64,000 bases of DNA from an uncultured cyanobacterium (GCA_963710605.1 CAVQBA010000001.1:64001-128000), one strand, 5' to 3'. Positions 1-10,544 are shown, numbered from the stretch's first letter. The notes: a model not told the origin generated them from the letters alone. Program-made: numbers and translations.

Positions 1-2
1 TT

Positions 3-212
3 ATTGCAATTTTGTTCGAGGTAGTTTCGGCATTCGGTACGACGGGTTTATCTACAGGTATAACTAGTAGTTTGTGTTTGGTGGCAAAATTAGCGATCGT
101 CGTGGCGATGTATCTTGGCAGAGTAGGAATACTATTATTTATGTCGGCAATAGTTGGGGACCCTCGTCCTAGCCGAATTCAATACCCTGAAGAAAATTTA
201 TTAGTAGGTTAA
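3..212 (+). CDS. ktrB: Ktr/Trk potassium uptake membrane subunit, C-terminal part (5' truncated by window)
   Basis: FEVVSAFGTTGLSTG pore motif, MYLGRVG and YPEENLLVG C-terminus; directly upstream of a KtrA-like gene. Confidence 0.9.
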   Translation: MAILFEVVSAFGTTGLSTGITSSLCLVAKLAIVVAMYLGRVGILLFMSAIVGDPRPSRIQYPEENLLVG

Positions 213-356
213 CAACTAACAATTAATGTAAAATTAAAAATTATGATCTAACGAATGATAACTTCTTTTTACTCATTCTTGTATTGTCAAATTTCATACT
301 TCACATTTTATTTAAACCATTATGTTTTATTTTCAATCAAAGTAGGTGAACTATAT

Positions 357-1121
357 ATGTTAGAGAAAAATTCTCTTCCTTCTAAAAAAAATCAACCTCC
401 AAAACCCAAAAGTCTTTTTAATTTAGATTTAAGTTCAGTCAAATTTCTAAATAGTCTCAAAAAAGAAAGTCGTCAATTCGCCATCATTGGTTTAGGACGA
501 TTCGGAAGAGCAGTTTCTAGAACTCTTTATAACTTAGGTTACGATGTTTTAGGTGTTGATTTAGATGAAAAGCTAGTTGCCCAAGCCCTAGCCGATCGAA
601 TTACCACCAATGCTATTCAACTAGATTGTACCGAAGTTAGTGCCTTAAGAGAAGCAGGTATTTTTGAATTAGATACCGTTATTGTAGCGATCGGTAATTA
701 CTTAGAAGAAAGCATCATTACGACACTTAATCTTAAAGAAGCAGGAGTTAAATATGTAGTTGCCAAAGCATCATCCGAAATTCACGGCAAATTACTCCAA
801 AAAGTTGGTTCTGATTTAGTGGTTTATCCTGAAGACGAAGCAGGATGCGAACTCGCTCATACTCTCACTAAACCCAATATGCTCGATCGATTTGAATTAG
901 ATCCAGATCACAGTATCGTCGAAATCTATATTCCACAAGAATTTGACGGGCAAACGCTTTCGCAAATTAAGTTACGTAGCAATTATGGGCTTAACGTTTT
1001 AGCGGTTGGTAATGATGACAAATTTGTGATCAATCCCCCTCCTCAATATATCCTCACTAAAGGTTTATGTATGGTTGTGATTGGTTCTAATGATGATATT
1101 AATCGATTACCATCAACTTAA
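357..1121 (+). CDS. ktrA: KtrA/TrkA RCK-domain regulatory subunit
   Basis: IIGLGRFG Rossmann motif, VIVAIG, TrkA_C-like C-terminus; ATG 357 preferred over 255. Confidence 0.9.
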   Translation: MLEKNSLPSKKNQPPKPKSLFNLDLSSVKFLNSLKKESRQFAIIGLGRFGRAVSRTLYNLGYDVLGVDLDEKLVAQALADRITTNAIQLDCTEVSALREAGIFELDTVIVAIGNYLEESIITTLNLKEAGVKYVVAKASSEIHGKLLQKVGSDLVVYPEDEAGCELAHTLTKPNMLDRFELDPDHSIVEIYIPQEFDGQTLSQIKLRSNYGLNVLAVGNDDKFVINPPPQYILTKGLCMVVIGSNDDINRLPST

Positions 1122-1227
1122 TTGGTGAGAAATAATACCGCCATAGACAATGAAGATATTTAATGATTAATTATTGATGATTTATTAATTATCTTTGCTT
1201 TTTTCTATCTCTTATAAAAACGAACTT

Positions 1228-2637
1228 ATGAATTTCACTCCTAAATTAATTAGAGATAAAATACCAGATTTAATACACACAAATCAGCAAAAATGTCAAG
1301 TTAAAAAACTAGATAATAAAGAATACAAACAGGCTTTAAAAATTAAATTAGTTGAAGAAGCTAAAGAAGTATTAAATGCAGAGGAAGACGAGCTAATCGA
1401 AGAAATAGCCGATGTTTACGAAGTGATTGATACTTTAATACAAACCTATAATTTAGATAAAACAAAAATTGCTCAATTTCAACAACAAAAAGCAGAACAA
1501 AAAGGTAAATTTAACGATCGTATTCAACTAATTTCGGTTTCACCTATTCCCAATAAAAAAATAATTGAAACGACAAAAAAAGTAGATGATCTACTATCTA
1601 AAGCTGAAAGTTTTTTACAAACAGAAGTAGTTAAAAAAGCTAATGAAATCGATCGAGATAGTGAGCAATTAAAACAAACTTTAATTGAAATGAATGAAAT
1701 CGATCGTAATTTTTTTCGTTTGAAATTAACTAAACAATGGGGCGGTTTAGAATTTGACAATTATGACTATTATAGATGGCAAATGACGATCGTTAAATAT
1801 TCAGGTGCATTAGCCTTTTTGCAAACCCAACATCAAAGTGCTGTCTCAATTTTAAGCCATAGTCAGCAACCGATGATCAAAGAAAAATACTTACCCAAAT
1901 TAGTTAATGAAAATACTTTTTTTGGTGTCGGTTTTTCTCATTTAAGAAAACAAGGTAAGCCTTTAGTCACTGCTATTTCTTCTGATAATGGTTATCAAAT
2001 TAATGGTTTTGTACCTTGGATTACAGGCTGTAATATTTTTGATTATTTTATCCTCGGTTGTAGTTTACCAACAGGCGAAGAATTATATGCGGTTTTACCC
2101 TTCAACTCTTTATCTTCTTCATTAAAGTTAAGTAAGCCATTGTCTTTGAGTGCGATGAATAGCACCAATACAGTTTCTGCTACTTTGCAAGATTATTTTT
2201 TAGCCGATGAAGATGTCGTCACAATTAATCCTGCGAATACAATTCATCAAAAAGATATACAAAATGTTTTAAATCACGGTTTTTTTCCCGTCGGTTGTAG
2301 TTATGGTGCGTTAGAAATACTCGCTGAAAATTGTCGTAATTTTGATTTACCCGAAATTGATCATGTTTATCAAAATTTAAAATCGCAAATAGACAACCTC
2401 AAAAATCAAATGTTAACAGCGTTGTCACAAGAAACTAGTTTTGAAGCCAAATTGAATTTAAGAGTAAAAGCGATCGATTTAGCTTTTCGTAGTGCTAAAC
2501 TTGCCGTTGTTAGCTCAAAAGGTAAAGCCAATGAGAATCATAATCGGGCTAATCGTATTTACCGTGAGGCTTTAGTTTATAGTGTTTCAGGACAAACATT
2601 GCCTGTCTTAACCAAAACATTACAACAGATTGTTTGA
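1228..2637 (+). CDS. Fusion of MazG-like NTP pyrophosphohydrolase domain and acyl-CoA dehydrogenase-like domain
   Basis: N-term KLIRDKIP...KLVEEAKE...EEIADVYEVID; C-term GVGFSHLR, GFVPWITG, ANRIYREALVYSVSGQT. Confidence 0.7.
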   Translation: MNFTPKLIRDKIPDLIHTNQQKCQVKKLDNKEYKQALKIKLVEEAKEVLNAEEDELIEEIADVYEVIDTLIQTYNLDKTKIAQFQQQKAEQKGKFNDRIQLISVSPIPNKKIIETTKKVDDLLSKAESFLQTEVVKKANEIDRDSEQLKQTLIEMNEIDRNFFRLKLTKQWGGLEFDNYDYYRWQMTIVKYSGALAFLQTQHQSAVSILSHSQQPMIKEKYLPKLVNENTFFGVGFSHLRKQGKPLVTAISSDNGYQINGFVPWITGCNIFDYFILGCSLPTGEELYAVLPFNSLSSSLKLSKPLSLSAMNSTNTVSATLQDYFLADEDVVTINPANTIHQKDIQNVLNHGFFPVGCSYGALEILAENCRNFDLPEIDHVYQNLKSQIDNLKNQMLTALSQETSFEAKLNLRVKAIDLAFRSAKLAVVSSKGKANENHNRANRIYREALVYSVSGQTLPVLTKTLQQIV

Positions 2638-2708
2638 AGTTATATAGCTTTGCTATGAAAGGTAAATTATTTGTTGGTTAGGTTTATTTCGAGCATAATT
2701 AAAATACT

Positions 2709-2735
2709 GTACACTTAAGAGTATAAATCGTGTAC
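2709..2735. promoter_or_regulatory. Putative antitoxin operator (inverted repeat)
   Basis: GTACAC...GTGTAC inverted repeat just upstream of the Phd-like gene. Confidence 0.35.
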
Positions 2736-2746
2736 GCTTTGTTAAA

Positions 2747-2986
2747 TTGATGAAAAAGATTACACCGACGCAATTACAGAAAAATCTTTATAACTTACTA
2801 GATGAAGTAATTAATACTGGTATTCCTCTACAAATAAATAGAGATGGCAAGATATTACAAATTACTCCTGTGGAAAAAATCAACAAACTCGATCGACTTA
2901 TATCACGTCCTAATGTAATTGTAGGAGATACCGATGAGATTGTGAATATCACATGGGAAGGAGAAATGAATCTTGATTTACCTTGA
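2747..2986 (+). CDS. Phd/YefM family antitoxin
   Basis: ITPTQLQKNLYNLLDEVINTGIPLQINRDGK pattern; overlaps a PIN-toxin start. Confidence 0.8.
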   Translation: MMKKITPTQLQKNLYNLLDEVINTGIPLQINRDGKILQITPVEKINKLDRLISRPNVIVGDTDEIVNITWEGEMNLDLP

Positions 2987-3044
2987 TACTCATATTGTGG
3001 TTTGGCTTTACGCAGGATTAACAGATAAATTGAGTGAGTTGTAG
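2973..3044 (+). pseudogene. Truncated VapC/PIN toxin (23 codons)
   Basis: TTG-IYLDTHIVVWLYAGLTDKLSEL-TAG; the stop lies in the GTAG end of a REP-like element. Confidence 0.75.
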
Positions 3045-3220
3045 GATGGGTTAGGCAATGATACTTAATCAGTTTCCACAAATTAATTGATGATTTAGCC
3101 GTAACCCATCATCAAAAATAATCAAATAACTAATTCAAATCTACTAGGATTAATTGTTGGGTTTCGCTTTTTTTATTTATCGTTTATGGTTTAAGTTTTT
3201 CGAGGCTTAACCCAACCTAC
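3041..3220. repeat. GTAG-type REP doublet (REPIN-like), inverted pair
   Basis: GTAGGATGGGTTA...TAACCCATC on the left; GTTGGGTT...AACCCAACCTAC on the right. Confidence 0.7.
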
Positions 3221-3227
3221 AAAATTA

Positions 3228-5159
3228 TTAATTCTCTGTTGCCGATTTTCTCTCATCCAGATAATAACGGTATCTCTTTTCTAATTGAGTAAAATCGAGG
3301 TTTTTTGTCCAAAACTCGACTAAAGCATGACCAAAAGCCCAAGCATCGTCCTCTGGCAAACCATTTGTCTCGACTATCAACGTCCATAAAGAAAGTAAAT
3401 CAAATTGTTTTTTAGTTGCATCATCACTAAGTAGATTAAACAATTCATAGGCTAATTGTAATTTACCAATCACAACAGGCAACTGCTCAACGGGTATTTT
3501 TTCCGCTAACAGAAAGGCTAAACGAGGCGAACCTGTAGTAAGAGTAGATAAAAATTGTAGTATGGGGCTTTTAAGTAAAGCAGTTAATCCTTGAGAAGTC
3601 GCCATTTGAAAAGTATATTTCTCAATAATTTGGGCGGCGGCGACACTTCTTGCTTCGAGGTTACGCAAAAAACGAGCTAGTCTAATTTGTTTGGCAGGTT
3701 CGATCGAATCTAAGATTTTTAAAGCTAAAATATCATCATACCAAGCAACTCTAGGAGAATCACCATAACTTGCGGTAACGATAGGTAAAAAATCTTCAGT
3801 ATAATCGCCGAAAATTTCTTCTCGATATTCTACTGCCTGACGGATAGATTTTTCTTTAGGTGCATCGCCCGTTATCCAATTATAAGGAGGTTGCCATTCT
3901 CTGACGGGGCGAAGACGATCGACTTGTGTAATTACAGTGATAATAGGAATACCTTCAGGTAAATCTTTAATTATGTCTAAATCCATTTGTAAAGCAGGAT
4001 CTAAAGCTGGATTTAACAGTAAAATTAAATCAGTATCCTGACTATAATCAATTACTTGTTCTTTAAATTCAGGACGATCGACTTGTTCGTAACCAGGGGT
4101 ATCATATAGATATAAAGCCTCACCTGTTTTTGCTTCCCATTGATAACTTTGAATATCGGCGGTGTTAGGTAAAATATTTACCTCAGCAATTTGGGAATTA
4201 AATAAAGTATTGATTAAGCTACTTTTTCCTGCACCTGTTCTACCCGCTAATAAAATCTTAACTGGTTTTTGCTCAATTTGTTCTGGTTCTTCCACTTGAG
4301 CAAAAATTTCTTGTAGTGTCTGGGTTTTTGCTTCGGGTAAAGTAACAGTTTCTTGCTCAAATTTGTCTTGAGGTAAATTGTCTCCACCATATAATAAAGC
4401 CGCTTGTCTGCCTAAGTTTCTCAGGGCAACTTCTTTTAAAACTTGATTGAGGTTGATTAGTAATTCTTGATTAGCTTGATTATTCAGAGGTTTACTAGCT
4501 AATTTTGCCGCCGCAACCGCAGGATTAACTATCCATTGAGCCCAATTCCATACCTTGATTATTTTACGAGCAGACGGTTCTAGTTTACGATAAAGCTGAT
4601 ATCCTTGATAACCTTGAGCAACGGTAATTTGGTTAAAGACAGGAGACAACTGTTTCATCCATCTATCCATATCATCAACTGTATCACGCATTAAACCGTA
4701 TGCTTGAGGAATATAAATATTTAGTAAAGGATATTCTACCTCTGGATGATAAACCTTAGCGATAGTTTCCACCGAAGTTTGACATCTTTGCCAAAAAGCA
4801 GGAAAGTCTTCCCATATAGGTGCATCTTCTTTTGCTTGACTAATAATCTGTTGTAACGATGTTTCTATTGTATTAATCGTATCAGCATTCAATTCTGGTA
4901 AAACAGTTGATGTGCTTGTTTTTTGCTCTTCTAATTCTTTTTGGGCATCAGCAATAATATTTTCGACATTACTAAACGCAGGCTTTGTCCATTTTACCAA
5001 TAACCATCGCCAACCGACTAAAATTAAAACAAAGAATGCCCATATCCAGTTGATACCCCAACGGTGTATTTGTAATCCTGTAGCGATCGAAAAAAAAACA
5101 ATTAGACCAATTATAGGTGTACTTAAAACTACCCATTGCCAAGGTTTTAAACGAATCAT
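3228..5159 (-). CDS. Membrane-anchored Era-like/MMR_HSR1 GTPase family protein
   Basis: GRTGAGKSS (G1), DTPG (G3), TQVD (G4); two N-terminal hydrophobic helices. Confidence 0.8.
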   Translation of the reverse strand: MIRLKPWQWVVLSTPIIGLIVFFSIATGLQIHRWGINWIWAFFVLILVGWRWLLVKWTKPAFSNVENIIADAQKELEEQKTSTSTVLPELNADTINTIETSLQQIISQAKEDAPIWEDFPAFWQRCQTSVETIAKVYHPEVEYPLLNIYIPQAYGLMRDTVDDMDRWMKQLSPVFNQITVAQGYQGYQLYRKLEPSARKIIKVWNWAQWIVNPAVAAAKLASKPLNNQANQELLINLNQVLKEVALRNLGRQAALLYGGDNLPQDKFEQETVTLPEAKTQTLQEIFAQVEEPEQIEQKPVKILLAGRTGAGKSSLINTLFNSQIAEVNILPNTADIQSYQWEAKTGEALYLYDTPGYEQVDRPEFKEQVIDYSQDTDLILLLNPALDPALQMDLDIIKDLPEGIPIITVITQVDRLRPVREWQPPYNWITGDAPKEKSIRQAVEYREEIFGDYTEDFLPIVTASYGDSPRVAWYDDILALKILDSIEPAKQIRLARFLRNLEARSVAAAQIIEKYTFQMATSQGLTALLKSPILQFLSTLTTGSPRLAFLLAEKIPVEQLPVVIGKLQLAYELFNLLSDDATKKQFDLLSLWTLIVETNGLPEDDAWAFGHALVEFWTKNLDFTQLEKRYRYYLDERKSATEN

Positions 5160-5210
5160 GGTTGATATTGAAGAAGTAATAGTTCACAGTCGATAGGTTA
5201 TAGATAAATT

Positions 5211-5286
5211 AATTGTCAACTGTCAATTGTCAATTGTCAATTATTAAGTATTAACTATCAACTATCAACTATCAACTATCAACTAT
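5211..5286. repeat. STRR heptamer tandem repeats
   Basis: (TTGTCAA)n followed by (ACTATCA)n between genes. Confidence 0.85.
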
Positions 5287-5287
5287 T

Positions 5288-5710
5288 TTAATAACCTTTT
5301 TTGAGGGCAAATTCTACTTGTCTGAATTCTTGAGTTAAACGTTTGTCAAGTTTTTCAGGTAAAGGGCGACTTCCAAAAGTAGTGTAATAACCAGCTAAAG
5401 AATTTAAAGCAGTTTGCATGGTAGTGAAAGATTTTAAACCATTGTATTTAGAATTTTTACGATAACGTGAGATGTAATCATTCATCTGGTTTTTCGCTTC
5501 TGCTTGTAATTCTTTTTTCTGTTGGATATCAGTCTCTGCTGGTAAACCAATAACTTCTCTGAGATTCTCTAAAACAACGATCGTATCTTCACCATAATTA
5601 CCTGTCAAACTGATATCATTTGCATAAGCTGAAGCCCCAAACGTACCAAACCAACCAATAACTATTGTTAAAACTAATGCTAATGCTTTAGATAGATAAG
5701 ATTTTATCAT
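5288..5710 (-). CDS. psb27: Photosystem II assembly protein Psb27
   Basis: NDYISRYR...SFTTMQTALNSLAGYY...RPLPEKL; N-terminal signal peptide. Confidence 0.92.
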   Translation of the reverse strand: MIKSYLSKALALVLTIVIGWFGTFGASAYANDISLTGNYGEDTIVVLENLREVIGLPAETDIQQKKELQAEAKNQMNDYISRYRKNSKYNGLKSFTTMQTALNSLAGYYTTFGSRPLPEKLDKRLTQEFRQVEFALKKGY

Positions 5711-5777
5711 AATTTTTTTTTGTTAATTTTTATTGTGATTTGATCTGATTTTATCAGGATAGGGTGAAGAATGAAAA

Positions 5778-5880
5778 TGAGTAAGGAGTAAGGAGTAATG
5801 AGTAATGAGTAAGAAATATTAATTTATACTGAGCGTTAGTCTAAGTATTGTCAATTGTCAATTGTCAATTGTCAATTATC
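5778..5880. repeat. STRR heptamer tandem repeats
   Basis: (GAGTAAG/GAGTAAT)n and (TTGTCAA)n. Confidence 0.8.
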
Positions 5881-5882
5881 AA

Positions 5883-7001
5883 TCATCGTGTTTTGATGGT
5901 AGATAATTTAGCGTTACTGTAATAATGAGACAAAATTTGATCATAACTCACACCATTTTCAGCTAAATATTGCGAACCCCATTGGCTTAAGCCTAACCCA
6001 TGCCCAAAGCCTCTACCTGATACCTGAATACTATTACTATTTAGCTGGGTACGGAATAAAGTACTACGTAAATCTAATTCTTTACGAATTTGAGTACCTT
6101 TGATATTTTTTGTACCACGATCGCCCACTACTTTCAGCGTCACAACTCTACCTTGAGGAGTTGTTTTTTGCGGTACGAGTGCTTTAATGTTACCGACATT
6201 TCCTGCTAAACGATTAACTGTATTAGCTGAAACGGTTTTATTCCAATTAAAAACAGGAGAATAATGATCATAATCAACTACACCTCGAAGATAAGGTAAA
6301 GGAGATGTCCAGATATCTTCGACATTTTCGGTATGTCCACCAGAAGAAGAATGAAAAACAGCCAAAATAACTTTACCATTATAGGTCATCACTTGCCCTT
6401 TAGTTGCATTAACTGCTTGATGAGTGGTGGTATATTCGCTTTTTAAGCCTTTATAAACTTGAGTCGCAGTGCTAGTATCAACATCATATACTTTATTTTT
6501 ACTACTATCTCTTTTATAAAGTGCATAAGTACGAGCCGCAACTGCTTGGGCTTTAAGGGCTTCGGCTGGCCAACTAGGAATTGCTTCTGCCCCAACTACG
6601 CTATATAAATAGTCTTCTAAATCAACATAATTAACTGCTGTTACATTATTGCCTTGTGAACTTAATAATACTCTACCTCGATACCAACGATCGCCAATCC
6701 AGACAACTCCATCTCCACTAGGCTCTAACCATAAAGCGTTTGATTTCCATTGATTAATATTAACTCTACCACCTTGAGCCTTAGAAACAAATGAATTCAT
6801 TCCCGCAACCTGCCCTAAAACTTTACCTCTAGTATCTTTGACTACAGCAGGGGTAGAGCTACCTATTTGAACATTACTAATATTTCTTTTAACTGCTACT
6901 CTTAATTCTAAAGATGCTTGGGCGCAAGGGGCGAAGATTAGCCAAAGAAAGGCAATAAAACTAAATCTGGTAATTGCTTGAAAAATTATTTTTTGCCACA
7001 T
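5883..7001 (-). CDS. SpoIID/LytB domain lytic transglycosylase
   Basis: LEDYLYSVV...WPAEALKAQAVAARTYA, FHSSSGGHTE, GFGHGLGLSQWG. Confidence 0.9.
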   Translation of the reverse strand: MWQKIIFQAITRFSFIAFLWLIFAPCAQASLELRVAVKRNISNVQIGSSTPAVVKDTRGKVLGQVAGMNSFVSKAQGGRVNINQWKSNALWLEPSGDGVVWIGDRWYRGRVLLSSQGNNVTAVNYVDLEDYLYSVVGAEAIPSWPAEALKAQAVAARTYALYKRDSSKNKVYDVDTSTATQVYKGLKSEYTTTHQAVNATKGQVMTYNGKVILAVFHSSSGGHTENVEDIWTSPLPYLRGVVDYDHYSPVFNWNKTVSANTVNRLAGNVGNIKALVPQKTTPQGRVVTLKVVGDRGTKNIKGTQIRKELDLRSTLFRTQLNSNSIQVSGRGFGHGLGLSQWGSQYLAENGVSYDQILSHYYSNAKLSTIKTR

Positions 7002-7211
7002 AGTTTTCGTAGATTGTATCTTAGGTTGCAATTTTTGACGTGAAAAAAGACTTTGTTAAAATGCTTCTCAATGATAGTAACACAAGAATTACTTTGAAGG
7101 ATGAGGGAGCAAAGAGCAAGGATGAAAGATTAATTATCTTTCTTATTTTAGTAAACAATGTTAGTCTATTTTTTTATAGAGTCGATCGATAATATTTTTG
7201 TTCCTGAACTA

Positions 7212-7320
7212 TATAGCGTTTATCATCTTTATGAGGTACATTTTCAATTGACAAGTCCCCCTTCCGAAGGGGGATTTAGGGGGATTAGTTTGTACGTCAC
7301 AATAATGATAATTGCTATAG
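7212..7320. mobile_element. MITE-like element with TATAGC ends enclosing a GC-rich hairpin repeat
   Basis: Imperfect terminal inverted repeat TATAGC..ATGAGGTACA / TGTACGTCAC..GCTATA; related copy, inverted, at 41911-42046. Confidence 0.65.
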
Positions 7321-7495
7321 AGATGGGATGAAGTAAGGTAGAAAAGCCATTAGTTTCAATAGACTTCTTGTAAAATTATAACGATCAGACGATCGATTCT
7401 GGATTTACCACTATTGATAGATACTCACAATTCTCATTTGGACATATGCTGATAATTATTCATTAATTAATTTTGTTATTTAGATCGATAATTTT

Positions 7496-8230
7496 ATGGT
7501 TCCTTTAAAAGATGAAAATCCTACCCAAATAACTCCTTATGTTACTTATGGCTTGATAGCAGTTAATATCATAGTCTTTTGCTACCAACTTAGTTTAAAT
7601 CCTCGTCAGTTAGATCAGTTTTTTCATCGGTTTGCGATCGTACCCTTAGAATTAAGTACTAACTGGAGTTTAGTTTCATCACAATCTATTCCCGAACCAC
7701 TAACCTTAATCACTTCACAATTTATCCACGCAGGTTTTATCCATATCGCTTTTAATATGTTATTTCTGTGGATTTTTGGCAACAATATTGAAGAGAAACT
7801 AGGTAGAATCAAATATATTGTATTTTATTTAAGTTGTGGTGTTTTAGCTGGACTGGCTCAATATTATTTTACTGCTAACTCGCCTGTTCCTTCCTTGGGT
7901 GCTAGTGGTGCAATCGCAGGAGTAATGGGAGCATATATTATTCGTTTTCCCCAAGCTCAAGTTGTCACGCTGGTACCATTGGGTTTCTTTTTTCCTGTCT
8001 TTAGAATTTCGGCTTTTTGGTATTTAGGTTTTTGGTTTGTGCAACAGGCTTTTAATGGTATTACCATGTTAGAAGTTAATGCCCATGTGGGAATGCAGGG
8101 AGGAGGAGTTGCTTATTGGGCTCATGCTGGAGGTTTTGTTGTTGGGGTAATTCTTGCTCCTATATTAGGGCTATTTAGCGATCGTATTGAAGGCAATGTA
8201 ATAGTTGAAAACGAAAACTACGATCTTTAA
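7496..8230 (+). CDS. Rhomboid family intramembrane serine protease
   Basis: HIAFNMLFLWIFG, GASG catalytic Ser, AHAGG catalytic His. Confidence 0.93.
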   Translation: MVPLKDENPTQITPYVTYGLIAVNIIVFCYQLSLNPRQLDQFFHRFAIVPLELSTNWSLVSSQSIPEPLTLITSQFIHAGFIHIAFNMLFLWIFGNNIEEKLGRIKYIVFYLSCGVLAGLAQYYFTANSPVPSLGASGAIAGVMGAYIIRFPQAQVVTLVPLGFFFPVFRISAFWYLGFWFVQQAFNGITMLEVNAHVGMQGGGVAYWAHAGGFVVGVILAPILGLFSDRIEGNVIVENENYDL

Positions 8231-8341
8231 CTTCCATTCGATCGTCATCAGACTGTTGATAATCTCCGCAAAACCTTTCGGGTACGTTTAACTGATTTTG
8301 AAGAAGAATTATAACCCAAAGTCAAACTTACCGCCTGAAAG

Positions 8342-8375
8342 GTTTCAATCCCTAGGTATTGATAGTTGTTTAAAT
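8342..8375 (-). CRISPR. Isolated degenerate CRISPR repeat
   Basis: GTTTCAATCCCTAGGTATTGATAGTTGTTTAAAT aligns with the array repeat GTTTCAATCCCTCATAGGGATTATAGTCGATTTCAAC (first 12 nt identical). Confidence 0.55.
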
Positions 8376-8420
8376 TAAGTTTGAGACAGTATAAAAACAG
8401 TATAAACAAGAACATAGAAC

Positions 8421-8474
8421 TCGCCTTGGGTATAAATTGACAAGGCTAATAGATACCGTTTAATAAATTAAACT
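8421..8474 (+). repeat. Partial copy of the dispersed repeat also at 11419-11553
   Basis: TCGCCTTGGGTATAAATTGACAAGGCTAATAGAT versus TCGCCTTAGGTATGAATTACTAAGGCTAATAGAT. Confidence 0.7.
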
Positions 8475-8929
8475 TTAATTTTAGCTTCAAAATTGTCTCA
8501 CCGTTATTTTAAATGACTATAGTTGACATTTCAACATTATCTCCCCTTTAACTATTTTTTCTTCTCAAATTTGATAATCTTTTTATTGGACGCTATCATA
8601 TTAATTAATTCATTTCGCCTCCGTTTTAGTTCTACTGGATGAATGAGTATTTTTTTTACTTTTTGCATTTTTTTTGTTTTCAATTATATGTTGTTCTACT
8701 AAATTAATGTACCTTTATTTGTCAACGCCTTGTGAATTTGAAAGCATAATCGCACGATTCATTTATTATTAATAATCGAATTCCCTTCCTTCATAAAGAT
8801 GGGCTAGGGGTGGTTACAAAGTATTAATTAACTTGTTAGTTACTATATAATCAAGAAAGCCAAACAAGCAAGAGAAAAACTCAACTATTACTCTTCCTCG
8901 GCTACTTTTATTAAAGGAGAAAGTACAAA

Positions 8930-10537
8930 ATGATAGCAACAAATACTAAAAATAGTCTCCCAGAAATTGTCAGTAAACTTCAACAAGAAGAAAAGCTTTT
9001 AGAAGAAGGTTATACCGTGAGCGACTATGCAGTAACATTACCAACTTTTAATGGTGCAGAAGACAAAAAAACCCACTTAGCCCACAAAATAGCTAGATTT
9101 CTATTCCCTAACGAAGATAAAGATAAAGCAAACAGCTACATTGCTTACAAAAAACTGTTATCAAAATTACGTAAGGCTTACAGACAACAAATTCAACATA
9201 AATCTCAATTAGAGCAAATCGAAAAAGCAAAACGTGATCAATTTCGTGATGCCCGTAAATTTGGTCAAAGACAACTTTTTGAAACCCTTTTAAATCAACC
9301 AATTTCCGAACAAATTCTCAACCCAAAAGCCATGCCAGTTGAGGTTGCACCTTTAGATGATTTAACGCCTTTATTTACTTATCTTAAACAAGGCAAAGCA
9401 GTCAAGGAAGATTATCTGGAATTTGCTCGTGGTGCTTATTATAATGATGGGCGTATTGATATGTGTAAGCAGGTAGTAGGAAGCGATTGGATTGGTGAAT
9501 TAGTAGATTCAATTCAAGTCAATACTAATGTTGAACACTTTTTGCTCGGTAATAATATTGTCGGCGATCGAGGTGCCAAAAAAATAGCTGAATTAATTGA
9601 AAGTGAATCTTCCCCCATAATTAAAACCTATTATTTAGCAGGAAATTGTTTTACCGCTACAGGTGCATCTTATTTAGGTAACGCCCTTAAACATAATCAG
9701 ACAGTAGAATCATTATGGCTAAAACGTAATCCTCTTAAAGCTGAAGGAGTGAGTCAGATTGCTCAAATGTTAGAAGTAAATAAAAGTTTGCAAACACTTG
9801 ATTTAGTTAATGTGGGGATGTTGGATGATGGAGTTAAAATACTTTTTGAGAGTCTAAAAAAGAATACTTGTTTAAGAACACTTTATCTTGATGCTAACGG
9901 TATAGGTGTGAATGGTGCAAGATATATCGCTGATTATTTTAAATATCTCAAACAAACTAAACAAAAAGGTTTGACGGGTTTGTTTATAGCGATGAATCGT
10001 CTGGGTGATGAAGGTACAAAAATAATTGCTAATGCGATCGCTAATTATCCTTATCTTAAACGATTAGATTTATCTTCTAACCGCATTCAAAATGATGGTT
10101 TGACTGTTTTACTCAAGCAAATTAATACTTTACCTGAATTAATCTATTTAGGAATTGGTTTGTATAAATCTACTTCTGATTTGAGAGAGTTACCTAATTA
10201 TTTTGATGGTGAAGGTGCAAACATTATGGCTAACTTTTTGCAATCGAATCAAACTGTTAAAGCGATCGAAATAAAGGATGTTAATTTTGTAGATGGTGGC
10301 TTAAATACGATCGCTCAAGCCTTAGAAGAGAATACCACATTGTTATATTTATCTCACACTCAGTTTCACTACACGATACCTGAAACAATAGAGACGAAAA
10401 TTAGTGATTGTTTAGCCCGAAATATTCAACAACAATTAGGAATGGATGCAACTGAATTTCGACGTACTAAGTTACGTGAAATCAGACATACGGCACAGGT
10501 TGCTTATATTGATAGTATCTATCGTAATCAAGGCTAA
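8930..10537 (+). CDS. Ribonuclease-inhibitor-like (28-residue) leucine-rich repeat protein
   Basis: Repeated LxLxxNxI/LGDxGxxxIAxAL units (LLGNNIVGDRGA, LWLKRNPLKAEGV, LYLDANGIGVNGA, LDLSSNRIQNDGL). Confidence 0.85.
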   Translation: MIATNTKNSLPEIVSKLQQEEKLLEEGYTVSDYAVTLPTFNGAEDKKTHLAHKIARFLFPNEDKDKANSYIAYKKLLSKLRKAYRQQIQHKSQLEQIEKAKRDQFRDARKFGQRQLFETLLNQPISEQILNPKAMPVEVAPLDDLTPLFTYLKQGKAVKEDYLEFARGAYYNDGRIDMCKQVVGSDWIGELVDSIQVNTNVEHFLLGNNIVGDRGAKKIAELIESESSPIIKTYYLAGNCFTATGASYLGNALKHNQTVESLWLKRNPLKAEGVSQIAQMLEVNKSLQTLDLVNVGMLDDGVKILFESLKKNTCLRTLYLDANGIGVNGARYIADYFKYLKQTKQKGLTGLFIAMNRLGDEGTKIIANAIANYPYLKRLDLSSNRIQNDGLTVLLKQINTLPELIYLGIGLYKSTSDLRELPNYFDGEGANIMANFLQSNQTVKAIEIKDVNFVDGGLNTIAQALEENTTLLYLSHTQFHYTIPETIETKISDCLARNIQQQLGMDATEFRRTKLREIRHTAQVAYIDSIYRNQG

Positions 10538-10544
10538 AACGGCT

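Noticed and set aside
2788-3081. 97-aa minus-strand ORF
   Set aside because: Antisense shadow of the Phd/VapC genes and the REP.
8245-8313. Short frame HQTVDNLRKTFRVRLTDFEEEL-stop after a CGATCG site
   Set aside because: Looks like a gene 3' remnant but is too short to assign.
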